Source of the DNA: Candidatus Beckwithbacteria bacterium
GTDB lineage: Bacteria; Patescibacteriota; Microgenomatia; UBA1400; UBA1449
Length of the DNA: 64,000 nucleotides
Reading direction: 5' to 3'
Assembly (NCBI GenBank): GCA_012797845.1
Contig: JAAZOH010000040.1
Location: 57,072-121,071, forward strand
Shown here: positions 21,303 through 28,957 of the stretch, one piece after another
Layout of the letters: each line of letters begins with the position of its first letter
How positions within the stretch are numbered: position 1 is the first letter of the stretch
The notes under the pieces: model-generated
Databases searched by the model: none
Told to the model about the DNA's origin: nothing
The model's input: the letters and a program-made list of their open reading frames with translations, nothing else
Made by a program: the position numbers and the translations under genes

Positions 21303-22499
21303 TTATTTATCATAATATTTTTTCCCTTTTAATTTTTCTGGTAAAAGACTCTCTTTAGTATATTTTTGATAGCCTTTGCCATAACCTAGTTCTTTCATAA
21401 GATTAGTGGGAGCATTACGAATTGATAAAGGAATGGATAAATTACCATAGTTTTTAACATCTTTTAAAGCTGCCATATAAGCATCATAGGCTCGGCGATC
21501 TTTAGGTGCTTGAGCCAGATAGGCTACTCCAGCTGCTAGATTTTCTTGACATTCTGGATAGCCCACTGTTTCACAAGCCCGAAACACAGCATTGGCAACC
21601 ACCAAAGCTGTTGGTGTAGCTACATCTTCTGAAGCAAAAACCACCATCCGTCTAGCAATAAACTTAGGGTCTTCTCCAGCCTCAATCATGCGAGCCAAAT
21701 AATAAAGCGCTGCATCAACATCAGAAGCTCTCATGCTTTTAATAAAAGCCGAAATAGTGTCGTAGTGCTGGTCAGCATGTTTATCATAAAGTAAGGTTTT
21801 CTTTTGCAGGATATCTTTAATTAATTGAAGTGTAATTTTTGACTGGCTTGAAGTCTCTTTAGCAATCTGGACTACCCCTAAAGCAATCCGAGCATCGCCA
21901 TTAGCAAAACTACTTAAGAAATCTAGGGCTTTTTTTTCAACACTAAGATTAACTGTTTTCAAAGCTCGCTTGGTTAAAATAGCTATTTTTTCACTTGTTA
22001 AAGGTTTAAGTACATAAACCCGGCTTCGTGATAGTAAAGCGCTAATCACTTCAAAAGAAGGGTTTTCGGTAGTAGCACCAATCAAAGTAATTGTTCCATC
22101 TTCAACATATGGTAAAAGATAATCTTGCTGGGCTTTATTAAAGCGGTGAATTTCATCTAAAAATAAAACTGTTTTAGTGTTTTCACTTTTCTTTTCACTA
22201 GCTAACTCAAGTTGTTCATTTTCTAATTTTTTACTTTTTTTAACAATATTTTGAATATCTTTTTTTCCAGCTGAAACAGCTGATAGATAATAAAATTGAG
22301 CATTAACTGCCTTGGCAATAAGTTTTGCCAAGGTAGTTTTACCACAACCCGGTGGCCCCCAAAAAATCATGGAGTATAAAGTTCCATGTTCAACCATGGT
22401 CCGGATTGGTTTACCTTTACCCACAAGATGTTCTTGACCAACAAATTCTGATAAGTTTTGGGGACGTAATTGTTCTGCTAGAGGAACCGAAAAATCCAT
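21303..22499 (-). CDS. rarA: Replication-associated recombination protein A (AAA+)
   Basis: PLAEQLRP, WGPPGCGKTT, DEIHRFNKAQQD, GATTENPSFE and ISAFIKS motifs. Confidence 0.95.
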   Translation of the reverse strand: MDFSVPLAEQLRPQNLSEFVGQEHLVGKGKPIRTMVEHGTLYSMIFWGPPGCGKTTLAKLIAKAVNAQFYYLSAVSAGKKDIQNIVKKSKKLENEQLELASEKKSENTKTVLFLDEIHRFNKAQQDYLLPYVEDGTITLIGATTENPSFEVISALLSRSRVYVLKPLTSEKIAILTKRALKTVNLSVEKKALDFLSSFANGDARIALGVVQIAKETSSQSKITLQLIKDILQKKTLLYDKHADQHYDTISAFIKSMRASDVDAALYYLARMIEAGEDPKFIARRMVVFASEDVATPTALVVANAVFRACETVGYPECQENLAAGVAYLAQAPKDRRAYDAYMAALKDVKNYGNLSIPLSIRNAPTNLMKELGYGKGYQKYTKESLLPEKLKGKKYYDK

Positions 22500-22533
22500 G
22501 AATTTAGAATAGCAACTAAGCCTAAAAAGTCAA

Positions 22534-22935
22534 CTAAAAGCGAATATCCCAATCCAACTGAGGATAACTCAAGTTTAGTTCTTGAAGATCAACATTTTTA
22601 GTATCTTCTTCAAGTGCTTTAACCCGATCAGTTAATTCCTGTGGTAAAACCGGGGCGGGTGTAGCCGTTGCCTGAGCAGTTGGAGTCGGGGTTGTAACTA
22701 CTACTGATCCATTTTTTTGCGCCAAAAGTGCCAAAATTACCAGTAGAATAATAATGATAAATCCTAGTGCAACAGCTAGTCCAATAATATACATCTTTAA
22801 GGTCTTGGTTTTTTTATCAACTTCACTAATCGCTTCTTGCTTAGTATCTTTAGTCACTGGCTCTACTTCAGCCTCTAAATCTTTATATGGCACATTGCCA
22901 CTCATTGGTGGGGTTGTAAAAGGGTCTTCTTGCAT
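22534..22935 (-). CDS. Single-TM hypothetical protein with a Thr/Pro linker
   Basis: One TM helix followed by TTPTPTAQATATPAP. Confidence 0.7.
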   Translation of the reverse strand: MQEDPFTTPPMSGNVPYKDLEAEVEPVTKDTKQEAISEVDKKTKTLKMYIIGLAVALGFIIIILLVILALLAQKNGSVVVTTPTPTAQATATPAPVLPQELTDRVKALEEDTKNVDLQELNLSYPQLDWDIRF

Positions 22936-22936
22936 A

Positions 22937-23809
22937 TTAATTGTTGCTAGAAGAAGCAGTAGCTTCTTTTTCTATATTTTCCCGATTAACACTATTTAAA
23001 GCTGGTAATCGCTTATTCAGATCATCGATAATTTCATTCTGAAAACCAATACCCTTAGTGAGTGCTAGTTTTGCTGACTCACTATCTGTTTTAATTTGAG
23101 TAAAAGCTTTGATTACCTGTTCCGATGAACTACTTTTTCGCACCAACTCATCTACCATAGTCTCAGCGCTTTTTAAACTTTGCAAAGCCTCAAAAGCACT
23201 GTTTTGAGCTTCATTAAGCCAGTTGCTAAGATAGCCTACTCCAGTCTCTTCAACATATGGTTTTAACTGCGATGAAATTGCAATATATTCTTGATTTAAA
23301 GTATAGACTTTACCAATAATTACTCTTGACATAGTTTCATACCCTAAAACCCGAAAATCGGTTTCTTTTTTTTCAAAACGTTTAGAGATTTCAAACAAAT
23401 CTCCCAAGGTTGGGTTAGAAGCATTATTGATATCATCCATATGATTTTGTAGCCAACCCACTTCATCATCAATACTAGCACTTAATTTTTCTTTATCATC
23501 CTTAGAAATACCCAGATTTGATTGCAGTTTAAATTTAAGGGCCAATAAATAGGTTCGCATAACTTGTGCTCTTTGAGCCAGTAATGTCCTAGTTTTTTCA
23601 ATAGCTATATTTTGTGAAGCTAAACTATTGGTTTGTAAAAATTCATCTCTAGCAGTTTCATATTCAGGATACAGTTGCCGATATTTTTCATATTGGTATT
23701 CAAAATCAGAAATCAACCGATCCTCAGCAAAAATAGGCGAAACAATTAATAATTGAACACTTATAAGTAGTAAAAATAAGATAGTGATTTTTTGCCAGAC
23801 AAATTTCAT
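22937..23809 (-). CDS. Secreted alpha-helical hypothetical protein
   Basis: Signal peptide MKFVWQK...SPIFA; start 23809 avoids overlap with rmlA. Confidence 0.7.
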   Translation of the reverse strand: MKFVWQKITILFLLLISVQLLIVSPIFAEDRLISDFEYQYEKYRQLYPEYETARDEFLQTNSLASQNIAIEKTRTLLAQRAQVMRTYLLALKFKLQSNLGISKDDKEKLSASIDDEVGWLQNHMDDINNASNPTLGDLFEISKRFEKKETDFRVLGYETMSRVIIGKVYTLNQEYIAISSQLKPYVEETGVGYLSNWLNEAQNSAFEALQSLKSAETMVDELVRKSSSSEQVIKAFTQIKTDSESAKLALTKGIGFQNEIIDDLNKRLPALNSVNRENIEKEATASSSNN

Positions 23810-23810
23810 A

Positions 23811-24548
23811 TTATTTTGCACTTTGGGCTTTTTCTGCCCAGTAGTTATTAGCTCGAAGCAAAGAGTCAAATGTCCCAGCATCTTCCCAAAACCCATTTAT
23901 TATTTTAGCTGTTAATTCACCTTTTTCAAAATAGGTGTTATTGATTGCTGGAGATCCAAGATAGCTAGTCATTTCTATCTCACCTCTCTGAGAAGGCGTT
24001 AACGATTTAGCAATATCACAAACTCGATTATCAAAAACATAAAAACCAACAGAGGCATAATTGCTTTTAGGGTTTTGAGGCTTTTCTTCAATAGATAAAA
24101 CTTTTCCCGTATTATCAAATTCAATAATTCCATATCTCTCAGGATCAGGTACTTCTTTTACAAAGTTCAGTCCTCCATTCTTAAAGCTTTGTATTTCTTT
24201 AGAAAAATCATAATCAAAAATATTATCACCTAAAATTAGAGCTACGCTGTCATCGCCAACAAAGCGTTCACCAACAATAAAAGCATCGGCTAAACCTCGA
24301 GCTTCTTCCTGAATTTCATAGCTAAACCTACAATTAAATTCTTTTCCTGATCCTAAGAGGTGCAAAAAATGCCCAGCATAATCAGGAGCAATGATAATTA
24401 AAATATCTTTAATGCCTGCTTTCAAAAGAGTTTCTAAGGGATAATAGATCATGGGTTTGTCGTAAACAGGAAGTAATTGTTTGGAAGTAACCAGCGTCAA
24501 AGGTCGAAGTCTTGTTGCTTTGCCTCCGGCTAAAATAATGCCTTTCAT
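23811..24548 (-). CDS. rmlA: Glucose-1-phosphate thymidylyltransferase (short form)
   Basis: GIILAGG.ATRLRPLT...SKQLLPVYDKPMIYYP, LGDNIF, EEKP and DAGT motifs. Confidence 0.92.
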   Translation of the reverse strand: MKGIILAGGKATRLRPLTLVTSKQLLPVYDKPMIYYPLETLLKAGIKDILIIIAPDYAGHFLHLLGSGKEFNCRFSYEIQEEARGLADAFIVGERFVGDDSVALILGDNIFDYDFSKEIQSFKNGGLNFVKEVPDPERYGIIEFDNTGKVLSIEEKPQNPKSNYASVGFYVFDNRVCDIAKSLTPSQRGEIEMTSYLGSPAINNTYFEKGELTAKIINGFWEDAGTFDSLLRANNYWAEKAQSAK

Positions 24549-24570
24549 AGGTTAAAAATAAGTGGCAGCC

Positions 24571-24849
24571 TTATGTCCGTAAAATAAGAGTTAATAATAG
24601 TGCCATTGCTAGACTGGCTACTAAAGTATATTCTAATACAATTTTAGGATGAAAATCACCCTCATGTGCATGATGAAGCGTTCCCCAGAGAATATAAAAT
24701 AAACCAGTCCCAATAATGATAGCTACTTGCAAAGCCAATTGACCCATGCATAAAAAATAAAAACCAGCCCCACCGGCTAACCCTAAACACAAAATAAAGT
24801 AATGACTATGCAAAATATCTGACTTAGGCTTTTTATGTAAAATATTCAT
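24571..24849 (-). CDS. Small three-TM membrane protein
   Basis: Three hydrophobic segments; WGTLHH motif. Confidence 0.65.
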   Translation of the reverse strand: MNILHKKPKSDILHSHYFILCLGLAGGAGFYFLCMGQLALQVAIIIGTGLFYILWGTLHHAHEGDFHPKIVLEYTLVASLAMALLLTLILRT

Positions 24850-24865
24850 AGGCAGTTGCTTTTAC

Positions 24866-25855
24866 TTATAATATCCTACCACTTCCAGTTAAGATAATAA
24901 TTAAAGCTACCATTACAAATAAAGATAAGTGCACAAAACTTTTTCCGGTTCTTCGGATGGTGCCCCGATGCCAAATCAAAATTCCATCAATTACCAAAAC
25001 AACGATAATAATGAGTGTCAGAGCCAGATTAACGCTTTTAGTCAGATCAAATGAGGAAAACGCAGGAATATGATCTAAACTAACTGATTCAAGTAATGTT
25101 TCCGGGAACAAAGTTTTGATTTGCGTATTTGCTGGTTCTTGTTGTTTGACTTCTTTGATATCTTCTACCACTTCATCAACTGGTTCCGCCACAGCAACAA
25201 CCGGTTCTTCAGTAATGGGTTTAACTTGAGGTTCAATTTGTACCCCCTGTACAGATTCAGCAGCTGCCTGTTCAGGGATAGCAGCAACTGCTGTTGATGG
25301 TGCTCCAAAGTGCTGAACCACTAAAGTCGTTTCCTGGCCATTTAAGAGTCCATTAACTACTGCTACTCCAATTTGGGTATAACGACCAGACATAATATTA
25401 TCTTTATGGGTTTGAGATTCCATCCAAGCTGCCACCACAGCTCCGGAGTCATTAAAATCTCGGGCTAAGTTTTCTCCAGCATACAGATAGGTATAGCCAG
25501 CTTGCTTAAAAAAAGACCAAGGACTAGTTCCATCAGGGGCTGTGTGGGCCCAATAATTATTGGCAAACATATGAGCTGCTTTATACCTGGCCGAAGTAGC
25601 TAATGTTTCATTAAATTCTAGGGCTGGCAAACCAGCTTCAGCTCGTTTCTGATTGGTCATTGAAACAATATCACCCACAGAAATATTTGAGGCATATCCT
25701 AAAACCCCAGGTTTAACTTGAGAAATCCCAGAAATTAAAAGCTGGAAAAAAAGAATCAGTAAAACTAGTTTAGAAAGCGATTTATGGTGAAGAATTTTAG
25801 CACGATGATTATTGCCGTGATGAGGAAAAAACAAATTATGTAGATGCCGCTTCAT
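24866..25855 (-). CDS. Membrane-anchored CAP (SCP/PR-1) domain protein
   Basis: TNQKRAEAGL, YWAHTAPDG, AGENLA and WMESQTHKDNI motifs; N- and C-terminal TMs. Confidence 0.88.
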   Translation of the reverse strand: MKRHLHNLFFPHHGNNHRAKILHHKSLSKLVLLILFFQLLISGISQVKPGVLGYASNISVGDIVSMTNQKRAEAGLPALEFNETLATSARYKAAHMFANNYWAHTAPDGTSPWSFFKQAGYTYLYAGENLARDFNDSGAVVAAWMESQTHKDNIMSGRYTQIGVAVVNGLLNGQETTLVVQHFGAPSTAVAAIPEQAAAESVQGVQIEPQVKPITEEPVVAVAEPVDEVVEDIKEVKQQEPANTQIKTLFPETLLESVSLDHIPAFSSFDLTKSVNLALTLIIIVVLVIDGILIWHRGTIRRTGKSFVHLSLFVMVALIIILTGSGRIL

Positions 25856-25929
25856 ATCAAACCATTATGAAACTATCAGATTATTTCGTCAATTAGAAAA
25901 GTGTGAAAATAAGAAAGTAAAGAAAATAT

Positions 25930-26490
25930 ATGTCGGACCGTCGTATTGTATTGCTTCTCTTTTTTTGTGTTGTTGCTTAAAAAAGAGTCGACGGCCCGAC
26001 TAAGGTAAACAATCAGCCCGATGTTTTGGGCTGATTGAGAATTATCTTTCTAGAACACACTCAGGGAGTATGCTCTAGTTTTCACAACTGGGGTTTGGGT
26101 CCCAGTTGAGAATTGTTTTACTCGGGGTGTGAAAGGGCCGAACTTCCCCGAGTTTTTTCAACAGCTGGGTTGAGTGGACAACCCAACTGAAAATTGTTGG
26201 AGCCCGCCATTGGGCTCCGGAACGCACGACTCTGTGCGTTCAAATAACCTCCCCTTTTTCGGGCATTGTAGTTGGCAACTTCGCCAACCAAAACCCTAAG
26301 AGGTAGGTCATTTTCTTTTTTTTATTTTTTATTGCTGTTGTTTTTCAAAAACCATCATAGCCCCTACGGCTAGGTTTTTGTTAACAACTCTGCCCCCATC
26401 GGACAGCCCAAAAATTCTCAAGAAGAATTCCGGGATTTTACTATCCAAAAAAATCAATAGCAAAATCCCAGAATCCTTACTGTTTACCAT
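25930..26490 (-). ncRNA. Putative large structured ncRNA A (about 560 nt, family not recognised)
   Basis: About 12 consecutive hairpins; closing helix 26004-26011/26481-26488; six internal A-C apposition sites on + that are G-U on -; no ORF of 60 aa or more. Confidence 0.7.
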
Positions 26491-26503
26491 ATTGTAAAGA
26501 GCC
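26491..26503 (-). promoter_or_regulatory. boxA-like antitermination element
   Basis: Minus strand GGCTCTTTACAAT versus rrn boxA TGCTCTTTAACAA; directly follows an AT-rich hairpin. Confidence 0.5.
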
Positions 26504-26649
26504 AATTACCACTTTCTAAACTAAAGCTAGTTTTCAGTTGAAAATGATAAATTTGGAAAAGTGAATTTTACTACTTAAAAAGCAAAAAATCAAGACATTA
26601 AAAGAAGAAGGTGAAACTAAAAGAAGTAAATAATATGCCCCAAAACGCG

Positions 26650-27463
26650 AAACAAGACACCTTCATCTACCTTTCTACTTAACGTAGAAACAACAGGATA
26701 GAATTGGGTGTCTTGTAAAAGACAATGAAACGAAGTCCACGAGGGCTGCAGGGTGTTGCAAAATCTGGTCAATAAGACCTGCAGCCCTCAGCGGACACTT
26801 AGGAAAAGGAGAAGGGTTTCGTCGCGATATTCTGCGACGGGGGTCCAAAGTCAGCCAAGAGACAGCTGACCCGAAAACCCTTCCCTCAAAGGACGGGGTG
26901 GTTCTTCCGGGCGACAGTACAGCAATGATTTCGGGGACCCCTCCCGAAATCCAGAAAATGAACGAAAATACCTTGAGGCGAGCCAGCCTCTCCAGTAACA
27001 AGCTCGCCTCGCCGAGATCTACTTTCCCTCTCCCCAGGGAAATGCAAGCAGGTCTCGGTATTAAAGACCTTTTTCGACCCAACCCAATCGCACTGGGTTG
27101 AGTTGTCCAGATCACCCCCATGTGGGCACATCTCTAAGGGGGGTTCCCTGGACACAACAGGTGCCCAATCATTGAAGGCTAAGTTTCTAGCCATCGATTG
27201 GGCGTTTTTACCGAACTTTTCCTTTCCGGGAGAATTGTCTCCCAGACTTTCAATAAGCTCAGGCAAGCCTATTCTTGCCTGAGTACGACTAAAATAATTC
27301 CACCCGGCAACCTGTGGGACGTCTTGGGTTGCCGGGCTGCGGTGCGCCTGTTGAGGGTGGCGAGGAATGTGAAAGTTTACCATCTAATAATTACATGGCA
27401 CACTATCACACTCCTCTTATTTTTCATTCATATTCATATTTCTCCTTTTCCTTATTTCATTGT
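26650..27463 (-). ncRNA. Putative large structured ncRNA B (about 810 nt, family not recognised)
   Basis: GC-richer than its flanks; more than 12 hairpins including perfect 9-12 bp stems; three nested long-range helices. Strand taken from the promoter and boxA, since the wobble bias here is mixed. Confidence 0.65.
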
Positions 27464-27472
27464 TAAAGGGCA
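27460..27472 (-). promoter_or_regulatory. boxA-like antitermination element
   Basis: Minus strand TGCCCTTTAACAA, one mismatch to TGCTCTTTAACAA; directly follows hairpin 27472-27527. Confidence 0.55.
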
Positions 27473-27537
27473 TTAGTCATAAAAAATAAAAAAACCGCTC
27501 TTGGTTTATTATTTTTAACTGACTAATATTATGAGCT

Positions 27538-27567
27538 ATATTATTCAATAAATTATTATTTTGTCAA
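27538..27567 (-). promoter_or_regulatory. Sigma70-type promoter facing the ncRNA locus
   Basis: TTGACA-18 nt-TAATAT; a second TTGACA lies near 27600-27605. Confidence 0.55.
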
Positions 27568-27636
27568 GAAACATCTTGTATATTAGAGATCTTTATACTT
27601 GTCAAAGGGAATTAAATCTGCAAAGATAATTATGAG

Positions 27637-28269
27637 ATGAATGAATCAGTTAATCCCCAAACTCAAGCCAATACCAATAAAGAGGATAATCTTGTCTACA
27701 ACCCCTATACTCACAAAATGTTTACTAAAAATGCCGCTGCCATGGCTGGGTTTGAGGTTTCTTTGGATAAAGCCGCAGATTTGAAATTACCACTTTTTTG
27801 GGATAATGGCGTAATTTTTGGCTCTAAAGAAATGGTTGAGCAAAGAAAAGTCGCCACTTTACCAGGAACGGTAAATAAAGGAGCCTGTATTCACTATGAA
27901 GATATAGCCGGAAAAACAACTTATGCTGCTATTACTGAACCCTGGCTTTTTGCTAAATATAAGGGTATTTATTTGCGACCGGTTTCAGCTTTAGAAGTAC
28001 CCATTCTTTTTGGTAAACATTCTGTTTTTAAAACCTACGAAATTCGTGATAGCAATTTTATACCTTTAGATAAAGCTATTATTAAAGATAAAATTGATAT
28101 TCCAAAACAGTTTAAAAATCCGGTTTTACAGAAAATTTTTGCTGGTTATACCAAAATAAAAACTAAAGGTAAAAATTCAAAATTCTTTACTGCTGACACT
28201 ATCTTGTGGGTTTATTTTGTGCTGATTATGTCGCTTTTGACAGCTTTAATTATTCGGTTTTACAAATAA
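27637..28269 (+). CDS. Hypothetical protein with a C-terminal TM anchor
   Basis: 210-aa ORF with a hydrophobic C-terminus; divergent from the ncRNA locus. Confidence 0.7.
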   Translation: MNESVNPQTQANTNKEDNLVYNPYTHKMFTKNAAAMAGFEVSLDKAADLKLPLFWDNGVIFGSKEMVEQRKVATLPGTVNKGACIHYEDIAGKTTYAAITEPWLFAKYKGIYLRPVSALEVPILFGKHSVFKTYEIRDSNFIPLDKAIIKDKIDIPKQFKNPVLQKIFAGYTKIKTKGKNSKFFTADTILWVYFVLIMSLLTALIIRFYK

Positions 28270-28285
28270 TTGCGTATTAATTCCT

Positions 28286-28954
28286 CTACCTGTGATTTTT
28301 CTTAAACCAGTTACTTATAATATTGTTTGTCCTAAACCCATCCCACCAATGCTTGAAAAAGTTTTTATAGTGGTCAAAGTGATGTCCAAATGTTGGCTTA
28401 GGAGTTGGCGTTGGTGTGTGATGGTGATCAGGGTTACCACAACTAAAATTGATGTCAAAATCAAACTTGATACTGCTTTGCTGATACTCATTACCCACTG
28501 ATGAATCAATAGACACGATCCAGTCATAATCTCTTGACTGGCCGTTGCTAAGTGTGCCTAAGTTAATTCTCTCAGTTGCCAGCAGATCGGCTAAAGTTTT
28601 ATCGCTACCAGCCCACCCACTAACTAGAAAATTTCCAAAATAATCAGTGCCATTAGCTCTGATAACGGTAAATAAAACTTCGTCCAAACTTTTAGGCTCA
28701 GTTGCATCTTTTGGCCGGACTAGAAGCGTCAGCTGGCAATCTTTACCAGTAGTGTTTTTGACTGAAATAGTTTTTTGATACGTATCACCTGGTTTAACAT
28801 CTAGTTCCTGAAACAAGGTTTTTTTATCAATAGTCGTCATACTACAACGGCTCTTATCGCATTTGACAGTGCAATCGCTATGAGCAGACACAGGCTGTAT
28901 AAAAATTCCTAAACAAAATAGTGAAAACAGAATTGCTATAAAATATTTAGTCAT
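28286..28954 (-). CDS. Secreted TasA/CalY-like protein with a His-rich tail
   Basis: Signal peptide; VKPGDTYQKTISVKN and GNEYQQSSIKFDF TasA-like strands; DHHHTPTPTP tail. Confidence 0.6.
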   Translation of the reverse strand: MTKYFIAILFSLFCLGIFIQPVSAHSDCTVKCDKSRCSMTTIDKKTLFQELDVKPGDTYQKTISVKNTTGKDCQLTLLVRPKDATEPKSLDEVLFTVIRANGTDYFGNFLVSGWAGSDKTLADLLATERINLGTLSNGQSRDYDWIVSIDSSVGNEYQQSSIKFDFDINFSCGNPDHHHTPTPTPKPTFGHHFDHYKNFFKHWWDGFRTNNIISNWFKKNHR

Positions 28955-28957
28955 AGT

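Noticed and set aside
26010..26241. CRISPR array
   Set aside because: The hairpins differ in sequence, there is no constant repeat-spacer period, and no cas genes are in the window.
27375..27452. SD-led mini-ORFs on the minus strand (MNMNEK; GTG-start CHVIIRW)
   Set aside because: The AAGGAG tract is accounted for by the perfect 13-bp long-range helix. Leader peptides remain possible but unsupported.
25930..27463. Identification as RNase P RNA, tmRNA, rRNA, tRNA or a group I/II intron
   Set aside because: AAGGAAAAGTTCGG only loosely resembles the RNase P P4 strand and I found no partner motif. I saw no TPsiC arm or CCA end and no domain V. GTGCG at 27342 is not followed by intron structure. 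An Rfam scan is still needed.
26675..27476. Four overlapping track ORFs (148, 165, 67 and 92 aa)
   Set aside because: Mutually overlapping on both strands, Pro/Arg/Gly/Ser-rich, no motifs; explained by locally high GC in a structured region. Not formally excluded without homologs.
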